Below are positions 1-11,596 of a stretch of 64,000 bases of DNA, piece by piece. The notes beneath the pieces are model-generated. The model made no database searches. It worked only from the letters and a program-made list of their open reading frames with translations, and had not been told where the DNA came from. The DNA is taken from the NCBI RefSeq assembly GCF_009914755.1, contig NC_060933.1; one strand, 5' to 3'. The position numbers and the translations under genes were made by a program. Origin of the DNA: the human T2T-CHM13v2.0 reference genome, Homo sapiens. How positions within the stretch are numbered: position 1 is the stretch's first letter; each line of letters begins with the position of its first letter.

Positions 1-372
1 CCTCCTCTCTATCTGCAACTTTGTAGTCTTTGACTGTCATCTCCTTATTCCATCACTCCCCAGCCCCTGGTAACCACTATTTTGTTCTCTGTTTCTATGA
101 GTTCAATCATTTTAGATTCCACATATGAGTGAGATCATGAGGTATTTGTTTTTCTGTGCTTGACTTATTTCACTTTACATAACTTTCTCCAGCTTCTTCT
201 ATGTTATCACAAACAATAGGATTTCCTTCTTTTTCATGGCTGAATAGTATTCCATTGTGTGTGTGCCACATTTTCCTTAGCCGTTTATTCCTTGGTGGAC
301 TTTTAAGTTGATTTTGTATCTTGGCTATTGCGAATAGTGCTGCAGTGAAGCATGGGAGTACAGATATCTTTT
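1..372 (-). mobile_element. Old L1 (L1MA-like) 3' end fragment
   Basis: Typical antisense L1 3' UTR text: cccctggtaaccactatt...ttttagattccacatatgagtgagatcat...ggctgaatagtattccattgtg. Confidence 0.8.
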
Positions 373-556
373 CAACATAAATTTGTAAACTTTCTTAAAA
401 CATTATGAGTTTTTTGTTTTGTTTTGTTTTGTTTTTTGCAATTTTTTGTTTTTGGCTCATCAGCTATCATTAGTGTTAGTATATTTTATGTGTGGCTCAA
501 GACAATTCTTCTTCTTCCAGTGTGGCCCAGGAAAGCCAAAAGATTGCACATCCCTG
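373..556 (-). mobile_element. MER30 (hAT-Charlie MITE), partial
   Basis: Ends ...gccaaaagattgcacatccctg followed by hAT-type target ctctagag; homologous to the copy at 17984-18207. Confidence 0.8.
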
Positions 557-1197
557 CTCTAGAGGTTCCTGGATAAGATGCTCTTTTAACCCCTGTAGAC
601 AAGACTTTTTTTATTTCTGGAAATTTTATAACTTTAAACATGTGTTTTACTCCTTTATTTTAATTCTCTATTTCAGGGACATTAATTTTATATATTTTAG
701 ATCACCCCTGTCTTTCTCAATTTTTCTGTTGAATTCCTGAAGTCTTTGTTAATTCCTATTTCATTTTTCTCAAGCTCCACAGATCCTGTCCCCCATGCTG
801 CCTGCAGTGTTAATATCCATTCATTTTTCCCTGCTTGATATAATAGCCAACATTTCTTTTCTGGCCTTTTCTCCTGATCTCTGCTGGCTTATCATTGTTT
901 TTTGTTTTTTGTTTTTTGGCCCCTTCCTCCCTTTTGAGCTGTTATTTTAACCAAGTGATTATTCTGTTAAGTTCTTTGATTCCATATCTGTGTGTGTGGA
1001 CATGCCTTCATCTGCCTTTTGGGACATTTTTCTCATGAAAGTCCTTTGCCATTTGTTTCTCCTGTTGCTTCTCTTCTTTAATTATTTCAGCATCATTGTA
1101 CAAATCCAAGGTAGGATCCTCATCTTTGAAATAGATCATGGAAGGGCCTTGGATGTGTTCCAGTTTACCAGAATATTTCCTCCCTTCTCAATAATGT

Positions 1198-1243
<46 letters not shown>

Positions 1244-1258
1244 GGTGAAAGAGAGAGA
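1198..1258. repeat. Compound (GT)n(GA)n microsatellite
   Basis: Directly visible. Confidence 0.97.
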
Positions 1259-2576
1259 ATGAATTGGTTTAATACATATTTCTCCCCAGTGAGGCTGCCA
1301 GCCATTCAGTCTCCTCTCTTCAACACTCTAAGAAATGGTTGGCTTTCCATTGCTGTGTATATCCTTCCACTCTGCAGGCCTTGTCTGAAGTCTACAGCAG
1401 CCAGTCCCCACTAAGGGTCTTCATGATCCCAGGGCAAACATAGCTGCATTGGGCTCCGCTTGTGGCATGTTATTGCTCAGGATCGGGGTGCCCACTGGTT
1501 CCATTTTATTTCTTTATCTGGTTCTTGTTGCAGGGTCATTTCAGAGAGGAGGGGGCAGTATCTCTGCCAACACCCAAGCAATCTGATATTTTGATGTTTA
1601 TCTTACAGAGTGACTTAGAGTATGTGGCATTGAAACCAATGGTTAAAAATCAACAAATAAGCAGGAAACAACTTCAGAATGACCAAAAAAGTTCCTGGGG
1701 CACTCTTAGCTTCCACCAGCCTCTCTGATGGTCAACCAGGCCATTTTGTTGGCTTTGATCCGTTCAGCACATTGAGTTATGGGGCGCCTCCCACGTGTCA
1801 GGAGCAGGGTGAGGTATGGGGGCTGTCGCAGCAGCTGAGATGCTTCCCTGCACTTGACTTGTTTACGGTCAGATCGTAAGGAAGCATGGGAGCCCAGCAT
1901 CAGGCTCTGCTCATGCATAATCTCATTTATTAGTGACAGCAACCATAGGGTTTTTCTTTGTGAAAAAAATTATAAAATACAGAACAGTGCAGTACCACCC
2001 AAATTAATAAATGTTGTTATTTTACCATTTATGCCTTTATTTTTCCTAAAAGAACAGTCCCAATAAAGTGGAAGCTATAACCTTTTATGGATGAGGAAGT
2101 GGAGAGTAATCTGCTCAAGGCTGGCTAGCTGGTGAGCAGCAGGCCTGGCTCAGGCCCCTCTGGTGCCCCTGATTTAGGCTTCATGGCCTTCTCTACCCTG
2201 CAGGAATTATGCTGGCTCAGCTGTGCAGGTTGGTGACTGCAAATATCAACCCCTCTAATAGGAAACCAGGCAGATTTTTCTCATGCTATCAGCTGATTTT
2301 TGGTATATGTAAATAAAACCTATGTTTTTGAGAGTAGCAGGAAACATTTTGTTAGAAAACCAAATGAATACAGGGAGATATGGCTATCAGGAGCTGAGAC
2401 TGATATTATAATTTTCCAAGTACTAGTATCTGTGTATTGATTTTTACAGTAATTTGTACTTTCCCATCCAGCTTGTTTGTGACCACTGAGGCCCTTGGTG
2501 AATATCTTAGAAGTCACTCAAAATGGATAAAGAATGAATGTGAGTCACCCATAGCAGTCTTATGTGAGATAATATA

Positions 2577-5481
2577 TGGTTGATCCTCAGTATTCATGGC
2601 TTCTGAATTTGTGAATTTGCCTACTCACAATCACAGTCATTTATCTGTAATCCCCAAATCAATAACCATGATGCTTTCAAGACCATTTGAGGTCATACAC
2701 ACAGTGTATTAGTTCATTTTCCCACTGCTGATAAAGACATGCCCAAGACTGGGAAGAAAAAGAGGTTTAATTGGAATTACAGTTCCACATGGCTGGGGAG
2801 GCCTCAGAATCATGGCAGGAGGTGAAAGGCACTTCTTACATGGTGGCAGCAAGAGAAAATGAGGAAGAAGCAAAAGAGGAAACCCCTGATAAATCCATGA
2901 GATCTTGTAAGACTTAATCACTATTACAAGAATAGCATGGAAAAGACTGGCCCCCATGATTCAATTACCCCCCTTCCTTGGGTCCCTCCCATAACATGTG
3001 GGAATTCTGGGAGGTACAATTCAAGTTGAGATTTGGGTGGGGACACAGCCAAATCATATCACCCACCCCTGGCCCCTTCAAATCTCATGTCCTCAAATTT
3101 CAAAACCAATCATGCCTTCCCAATAGTCCCCCAAAGTCTTAACTCATTTCAGCATTAACCCAAAAGTCCACAGTCCAAGTTTCATCTGAGACAAGGCAAG
3201 TCCCTTCCATCTCTGAGCCTGTAAAATCAAAAGCAAGCTAGTTACTTCCTAGATACAATGGGGGTACAGGTATTGGGTAAATACACCCATTCCAACTGGG
3301 AGAAATTGTCCAAAACAAAGAGGTTACAGGGCCAATGCAAGCTGAAATCCAGCAGTGCAGTCAATTTTTAAGCTCCAAGATGATCTCCTTTGACTCCAGG
3401 TCACACAGCCAGGTCCCATTGATGCAAGAGATGGGTTCCCATGGTCTTGGACAGCTTCATCCCTGTGGCTTTGCAGTGTACAGCCTCCCTCATGGCTGCT
3501 TTCACAGGTTGGCATTGAGTGTCTGTGGCTTTTCCAGGCACATGGTGCAAGCTGTCAGTGGATCTACCATTCTGAGGTCTGTAGGATGGTGACCCTCTAC
3601 TCACGGCTCCACTAGGCAGTGCCCCAGTAGGGACTCTGTGTGGGAGCTGTGACCCCACATTTCCCTTCTGTGCTGTCCTAGCAGAGGTTATCCATGAGGG
3701 CCCTGCCCCTGCAGCGAACTTTTGCCTGGTCATCCAGGCATTTTCATACATCTTCTGAAGTCTAGGCAGAGGTTCCCAAACCTCAATTCTTGACTTCTGT
3801 GCACTCGCAGGCTCAACACCACGTGGAAGCTGCCAAAGCTTGGGGCTTTCACCCTCTGAAGCCACAGCCTGAGCTCTACGGTGGCCCCTTTCAGCCACAG
3901 CTGGAGCAGCTGGGACACAGGGCACCAAGTCCCTAGGCTGCACACTGCATGAGGACCCTGGGCCCAGGCCACGAAACCACTTTTTCCTCCTGGGCCTCCA
4001 GGTCTGTGATAGGAGGGACTGCTGTGGAGGTCTCTGACATGGCCTGGAGACATCTTCCCCATGGTCTTGGGGATTAACATTAGGCTCATTGCTACTTATG
4101 CAAATTTCTGCAGCTGAGTTGAATTTCTCCCCAGAAAATGGATATTTCTTTTCTATTACATAGTCAGGCTGCAAATTTTCCAAACTTTTATGCTCTTTTT
4201 TTTTTTTTAATAAAACTGAATGACTTTAACAGTCCCCAAGTCACCTCTTGAATGCTTTGCCTGCTTAGAAATTTCTTCTGCCAGATACCCTAAATCATCG
4301 CTCTCAAGTTCAAAGTTTCACAGATCTCTAGGGCAGGGGCAAAATGCTACCAATCTCTTTGCTAAAACATAACAAGAGTCACCTTTACTCCAGTTCCTAA
4401 CAAGTTTCTCATCTCCATCTGAGACTGCCTCAGCCTGGACCTTATTGTTAATATCGTTATTAGCATTTTTGTCAAAACCATTCAACAAGTCTCTAGGAGG
4501 TTCCAAACTTTCCCACATTTTCCTGTCTTCTTCTGAACCCTCCAAACTGTTCCAGCCTCTGCCTGTTACCCAGTTCCAAAGTCACTTCCACATTTTGGAG
4601 TATCTTTTCAGCAACACCCCACTCTTCTGGTACCAATTTACTGTATTTGTTTATTTTCACATTGCTGATAAAGACATATCTAAGACTGGGAAGAAAAAGA
4701 GACAGTTCCACATGGCTGGGAGGCCCCAGAATCATGGAGGGAGGTGAAAGGCACTTCTTATATGGCAGCAGCAAGAGAAAATGAGGAAGAAGCAAAAGTG
4801 GAAACCCCTGATAAACCCATTAGATCTCATGAGACTTATTCACTACCATGAGAATAGCATGGGAAAGACTGGCCCCAGTAATTCAATTACCTCCCCGTGG
4901 GTCCCTCTCACAACATGTGGGAATTCTGGGAGATACAATTCAAGTTGAGATTTGGGTGAGGACACAGCCAAACCATATCACAGAGTGGCACAAAATTTTA
5001 GCCACATGCATATTCCAGACGCTCCAACTCCTCCTTTCACCTCATATTATAAGTAAGTGTCTTTTTCCCCAGTCTACTTAGTGCCGTATTTTTTGCATTT
5101 TTGTTCCTTTTTTCAAATTGTGGTGACTTTGCTGTTTAGAGTACCCCCAGCTGAAGTGCTATCTGGTGTCCCTAGGTGTAAGAAGGCTGTGCTGTGCCTT
5201 ACAGGGAAAATATGTGGGTTAGAGAAGCCTCTGTCAGGCATGAGTCATAGTTAGTGCTGTCGGCCGTGAGTCCAATGGTAGTGCATCAACAATAGATATG
5301 AAATAAGGTGCCTTTACACAGAAACACATAAAACAAGTGATGCATTGATCAGTTGATGAAAATATGGTGACGGCAGGCTCTCAGGCACATAACCCCTGAG
5401 AAGCGATGGGCTACTACTTGCTAATTCAGTTTTGGGGGTGACTTTGTGGAATGTATAACCTGAAATAATGAGAATAAACTA
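2577..5481 (+). mobile_element. MER82 (TcMar-Tigger) split in two (2577-2704 and 4981-5481) by the THE1 insertion
   Basis: Both halves are colinear with the intact copy at 14929-15572 (ccccaaatcaata..., aagaaggctgtg.tgtgccttaca, ggcatgagt.at). Confidence 0.8.
2705..4980 (-). mobile_element. Full-length THE1 (THE1A-like) MaLR element: 5' LTR 4642-4980, internal 3062-4641, 3' LTR 2705-3061
   Basis: Two ~350-bp direct repeats tgtatt...catatca; internal region starts gtaaattggtacc and ends in a purine tract (minus strand); 5-bp TSD cacag/cagag; minus-strand MaLR ORF remnants at 4318-4545 and 3401-4183. Confidence 0.93.
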
Positions 5482-6504
5482 TATTCTACTTCTTTTACAA
5501 AGCAAGGAAATAATTTTTAAAAGCAAGTTAAATTTTACTGTTTTTGTAAGAGATATGTTTTCGAAACAGTTGAACTGTTTTATAACACAGAGAAAGTCTC
5601 TTTGCCTTACATTTTATATTAGTTAATTAAGTCAGCAGATTTTTCTTGGGCTCCTGTGATGTGACTGGCACTGTTTTGGTACCAAAAGGGCATTGCAAAA
5701 AAAGTCCAGAAGTAGACAGATCACAGCCTTCAGGATTAAAAGCAGTCTCATCAATGTGATATTTCGTTTAAACTTAGTAGCAAGCCCATTGAATTCTCAA
5801 AATGAGAATCTGCTAATTATCACACACTTTTCTTATGAAAGAATGATTTTTCATAGTCAATATTTCTAAAATATAATGTCTCTTTCTCATTAGCAGAGAC
5901 CGATTGTATGGCAGATTTACTTGCACCTGCGGATGCTGGAGATAGGTGATGATTTAGTATAGTGCACATCCACCAGGCGGTCCTCCTGGGTCCCAATATT
6001 TAGGCCCACAGGATGAGTCCAGGTGATATTGGGCACAGGCTCACTCAGAGGCTATCAGACAGAAAGCTCTGCCTCACTGCACAGCAGCTTCAAGCATTGC
6101 CTTCAGTGGGAGTCTTACTTGCAGTCCACACAGCTCAGGTACAAGGCCCCTGAGGTCCACACCTGGAGCTAATCATCTCTTTGAATAACACTGTAGACAT
6201 AGCTACCAGAAAATAAAAGAAATAGAAAGGCATGATTAATACAAGCCTCACTAGGTTCTTATTGTGAAGATCTGAGAAAGAGCTCCTCATGGCCCTGGCA
6301 TGGGAGGGAAGAGTGATAACTGTAAAATACCCCTAGGCTTTCTCCATGACAATGGTTACTCTCCAAGGGAAAACACTTTGCAAGAGCCTTGTCTCAGCTG
6401 GGAATTCCCAAGGGAATTCCTCAAGTTCCAGCACCCTCATCACTTTATCACTTAAAGGACAAAAAACTCATAGTCAACAGGGGTCAGCGCTTCAAGGAAA
6501 TTGT

Positions 6505-8811
6505 TACAGAATGGTAAAGGGGTCGAATATCCAAGAAGACATAACAATCCTAAATGTGTATGTGCATAACAACAGAGCATCAAAATATGCAAGACAAACA
6601 CTGGTAAGACTGAAAGGAGAAGTAGACAAATCCTGTCTTATAGTTAGAGATTTTAATCTCTTTCTCACAAAAGTTGATAGACCAAATAGATAGGATAAAA
6701 ATGACCTAAGCAGTACTGTCACTCAACTTGATCTAATTGACATTTATAAAATATTCCATTCAACAACAGAAAAATACACATTCTTCTCAAGCTCACTTGG
6801 AATATTCACCAAGATAGAGCACATTCTTGGAAAACATGTTAACACATTTGAAAGACTAAACGTCATACCAATTATGTTCTCAGAACACAGTATAATTAAA
6901 CTAGATATCAACAACAAAAAGATGGAGGTTTTGGGAAATTTCCCAAATATCTGGAAATCAAACAACAGACTTCTATATAACCTATGTTTCCAAGAAGAAG
7001 TCTCCAAAATTTAAAAAAATATTTTGAAGTGCATAAAAATAAAAATATAATTTATCAAAAATTTTGGAATGTAGCAAAAGCAGTGCTTATAGAGAAATTT
7101 ATAGAACTAAGTGCACACATTAGGTAAAAAATATATAAAGAAAATTACTTGTGATTCTACTTTTAAGAAACTACAGAAAGAAGAGCAAATTAGGCCTAAA
7201 CCAAGCAAAAGAAAAGAAATAATTAAAATGAAAGCAGAAATCATTGAAATTAAAAACAGGAAAACAGTAGAGAAAAGTCAATAAAACCAATGTTGGTTCT
7301 TTGAAATCATCAACCAAATTGATAAACCTTTAACCAAGAAAAAAAAAAGAAAAAAATGTAGAAGATGCAATTTACCAATATCAGAAATGAAGGAAAGGTC
7401 ATAACTGTTGATCTAATGGATATAAAAAGATGATAAAGGAAGATCATGAACAACTCTGTACTCACAAATGTGGTAACTTAGGTGAAATAAACTAATGCTT
7501 GAGTGACACAAACTACTAAAACTTACAGAAGAAATAGGTAGCCTGAATAGCCCTATATCTTTAAAATTTAAATTAATATAACCTTTAAAACAGAAATCAT
7601 CAGGCCCAGATGGGTCCACTAGTGAATTCTGTCAAACACTTAAGAAAGAAAGAATACCAGTTTTCCATAATCTCTTCCAGAAAATAGAAATGGAGGAAAC
7701 AGTTTCTAATTCATTTTATGAGTTCAGATTTCACGTAATACCAAAACCAGTTAAGGCATTACAAGAAAACAAAGCAATATTACTTATATATACAAAAACC
7801 CTCAACAAAATGTTAGAAAATCAAACCCAACAACGTATGAAAAGAGCTATGTACCACAGCCAAGTGGAATTTATTCCAGGTATGCAAAACAGGTTCAACA
7901 TTTGAAAATAAATTAATGTGATACATCACATCAATGGGCTAGAGAAGAAAAATCATATGACCATGTTAATGGAGGCAGAAAGGGCATTTGACAAACTCAA
8001 AACACTCTTTCATGTCAAAAAAAAAATCTTAAACTAGGAATAGAGGAAAACTTTTGTAACTTGATAAAGAGCATTAAAAAAAAAAACCTACAGGTAACAT
8101 CATACTTAATGGTGAGAGACTGAACACTGTCCCTCTGATATTGAAAACAAGGTAAGACTGTCCTCTCTTACCACTCTGTTCAACATCCTACTGGGAGCCC
8201 TAGCTAGTGCAAGAAAACAAAACAAAACTTATACAGATCAGAAAAGAAGAAATAAGACATCTTTTTTCACAGATAATATGCATGTCCATATGGAGAACTT
8301 CAAAGAATCCATAAAACAACTCTAATAACCAATAAGTGAGTCTACAGGATGCTAGATCAATATACAAAAGTCGGTTGCTTTCCTATATACCAGTAGTAAA
8401 CTATTGAAATTTGAAATAAGAATAATTACCATGTATAATAGCACCAAAAAGACAAAAAAAAAAAAACACAAGAAAATACTTAGGTATAAATCTAACAAAA
8501 TATGTACAGGATCTGTATGCAGAAAACTACAAAATAATGATGGAAGAATCAAAGAAGATGTAAGTAAATGGAAAAGTAGTCCATGTTCGTACATTGGAAG
8601 ACTCAATGTTGTTAAAATGTTCATTCTGCCAAGCTTGATCTGTAGATTCAACCCAATCCCAATCAAAATCCCAGCAAGCTGTTTTGTAGCTAATGATGAA
8701 ATGATTCTGAACTTTACTTGGGAAGGTAAAAGATCTAGAATACCCAACACAATACCCACTAAAAAGGACAAAGTTGGAGGACTCACACTACTCAATTTCA
8801 AGTCTTACTAG
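6505..8811 (+). mobile_element. Decayed L1 (L1M-type) ORF2 fragment: endonuclease to RT
   Basis: ORF pieces IQEDITILNVYVHNNRASKY...RDFN, SQVEFIPGMQNRFNI, WKSSPCSYIGRLNVVKM...GGLTLLNFKSY; many stops and frameshifts. Confidence 0.92.
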
Positions 8812-9251
8812 AAACAGATACAATTTCTGCCCTTATGGGACAAACAGACATTCATCAAAAATTCACATGCTAGAAAGTAAAGGTAAATTAAGTCAAAACA
8901 GTGGTCAGTGGTACAAAAGGAAAGCATGTTAGTTTTGACTGTGGGGACAGGGACATGTTTATCCTGAGCTCAAAGGGTAGCCTGGACAGTGGAGGATTTT
9001 TAGCAGAGAAAAGGGCCACAGCTTAGAACATGTAGGAAGGGAGCAAGGTGGGGGCATTGACAGCCAGAGCTACTCAAAAGAGATGTGGAGGAAAAGGATG
9101 TTATGTGGTTTTGGAGACAAGTAGGCATGTGTGGGAGGCTGAGACGTGAGATGGGAGGGATTGGCAAGGGGTTGACTTTCAGCAGTGTAGAGAAGGGAAT
9201 GATCTAAGAGAGCTTGGATTTTCATCTTCATAAATGGATGGAGCTCTTGGG

Positions 9252-9411
9252 CCAAGGTTCTCAAACTTGAGCCTTTAAAATACAAAACCTAGAGCTTCAC
9301 CCCAGAGTTTCTGATTTGGCAGGTCAGGGTGGAACCCTAAGAATTTTCATATCCTCCATGTTTCCTGGTGATGCTGACATTGCTGGTCCAGAGACGCACA
9401 TTGAGAACCCA
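9252..9411. mobile_element. MER5A-like hAT MITE
   Basis: ggttctcaaacttgag ... ggtgatgctgacattgctggtcc ... ttgagaacc termini. Confidence 0.65.
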
Positions 9412-9529
9412 GCTCCAGGGAACAAGAAGGAGCTCCAAGTTAGGCAGGAAAGCCCCAAGCTTACATTTGGATGGGTTGACTATGAGGGCCTTTGCACTGC
9501 CACCTGAAGATGGTAGCTAAGAGAAGAGG

Positions 9530-9690
9530 CAGGCTTCAAATATTGGCTCCACCACATACTGTGTGTTCTTCAGCAAGCCAGTTGACCCTCCTGAGGCTCG
9601 ATGACCAGGTCTGTGAATTGAGGATAACAATAGTATCTACCATTAGGGATGTTGTGCACATCAGTTGATAACCTTTGAGTCAAGTACTCA
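9530..9690 (+). mobile_element. MIR fragment
   Basis: ttcaaatattggctccacc...tctgtgaattgaggataacaatagtatctacc core. Confidence 0.6.
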
Positions 9691-10740
9691 TGGAATAGCT
9701 GTTTTGCATTATCCTCATCACCTTCATCATCATGGCCATTCTGGCCAGCACTAAAGATGTACAGCCAACCTCTTCTGTGGCTGAAGTTTATCTTCTATAA
9801 AATGAGAACTTGTTTTTCATGAAGCTGTCATTTTCACAAGTTTGGGGTGCAGGTGCAGATTGCCTACTGTTGTGTTTCTGAACACTTCCCTCGCGAGGCT
9901 CCTAACCCCACCCCAGTAAACTCATCAACATGACTCCTTCCAGCTTCTACAGCTCTGGAGAGGGTTCCTTTTTATCTTGCGTTTCCAGGGATGTTTCACG
10001 GCCTTTTGTGGAGTGGGCCCTGGCTGAGCTTCTGGCCCTTCTTGAGTGTGGAGGATGTCACAGACTGCAGTGGGAAATTAAAAAGCTGCTTGCTTCACAG
10101 AGTAAGGGAATGTTAGTAGATGCTTGAAAAGTACCCTGAGGGAGCTGGTCAGAGGTGCTCTGTAAAGTTGCATCTGTTGCTAGCACCATGAGCAGCTGTC
10201 TGACCAGGAGGCCTGGGAACAGGGACAGAGAGAGCTGGCACCCTTCTTTCCTCTGCCCTACACATTGGCCTTTCCGCCATTAAGACCATCTCTGCTTGAC
10301 TTTTTCAGTCTCCTGGCTGGCAATTAGCATCTTGAGGTCTCCATTAAGATCTTTTCAAGGATGCTCTTCCTATTTGGTTCAATCTTCTGGTTGAATTTGA
10401 TACATGTTATGATGTAGGACTTTTTAAAAAAACATAAAACAATCAGGAAAACCTCGCTATACCCATTCCAGCAATTCAAGACCAAGTTCATTTTTGGTAA
10501 AAACACTTGGGAAAGGGCATTTCCAGGCTGGCTAAGCACTAAATGGCACAGCCCTGTCCACTGACTCCCTCCTCAACTGGTGTGTGTTCTGGAGGGATCC
10601 ATGTCTCAGAGCATTACTTCATTTTGAATGTGCAATTAAAAGAGGCCCCGTGCTGCTGGGGATCTCACACTTCTGCTTTCTGGTTTGTTTTGCATGCTGA
10701 CACTTTGAGGAAAAGCCCATTTCCCTAATTACAGACATCG

Positions 10741-10913
10741 TCCAGCAGCAGGAAGCACTCTGGCTTGTTGATGCCTGTCTTGTGCTTTCTCTCTGTTTCA
10801 GCTGTTTTCCTTTTAAGATACTCCTCTCAGATTTGTGTGCTTCTTCCCTTCCCACATTCTATACTGCCCAGCGCCTGGGATTCCAGATCTGCGTTTGAAT
10901 CCAGGAAAGGGAG
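10741..10913 (+). promoter_or_regulatory. SYK: Candidate alternative non-coding first exon / internal promoter of SYK (5' end not determinable)
   Basis: Good donor GAG|gtaggt at 10913/10914 in unique sequence; ETS motif CAGGAAGC at 10749-10756. I recall SYK having an alternative 5' UTR exon inside intron 1, but assigning it here is inference. Confidence 0.4.
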
Positions 10914-11564
10914 GTAGGTCAAATTTGTGGGAATCAAGCATATTTAGAAACCCTAACCTCAGGCTCTGCGCATCTGTGGGTGTCTGTAGGAGGGATACTT
11001 AGGTTTCATGCCTGCATCTGCGTTTCCTCTCCTCTGCCGCTAACATTCTTCCACTGAGCACATGTCCATCTTGAGCTGGAAGGTTTAGCGGTTTGCCATC
11101 TTGTCTTGCCTGCAGTTATGATGCAGCTAAAGCATCCTTCTCTCCTTCCTATAACCTATGCCACTTTGCTTTAAGCATTGAGTATATTTATGTCTCAGGT
11201 TTATGAAAGACAATTATAAAATCTCAGGAGACCATCATAAGCTCCTGTAATATCTTGCAGTCCTGAGTCACCCACAATTATTTTTTAACTGGCTAGGAAA
11301 AAGAATGCTAGCGATTTTTTTTTAAATAGACATTCAGTAAAACTCTAGATATTTCTTAATCCACATTTACTGTGTCCTTTTTGCTTAAGTCAGGTGTTTT
11401 GGTTTCTCTAGCAGCTGCAGGATCCCCATAAAGATTATGCTCATAAGGTAGTGATGGAAAAGTAAAATAGAGCCTGAAAGCGGGAAACTTCAGCAAGGCA
11501 CTAAGGCACAGACAAGAGATGTTAGGTCTGCCGGCTGTTGTCATTGCAGTCTGCTGTGGCCTCA

Positions 11565-11596
11565 CCCCCGCCCCCCCCCCCCCCCCCGCCCCGCCC
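11565..11596. repeat. C-tract C5-G-C17-G-C4-G-C3
   Basis: Directly visible; G-runs on the minus strand. Confidence 0.95.

Noticed and set aside
2093-2101. Isolated PU.1 consensus GAGGAAGTG
   Set aside because: Single short motif with no supporting cluster; expected by chance in 64 kb.
3401-4183. 260-aa ORF as a host gene
   Set aside because: It is the MaLR internal ORF remnant, cut off from its upstream part (4318-4545) by a stop; no evidence of domestication.
6346-8811. Endonuclease/RT-like ORFs
   Set aside because: Fragmented, dead L1 ORF2.
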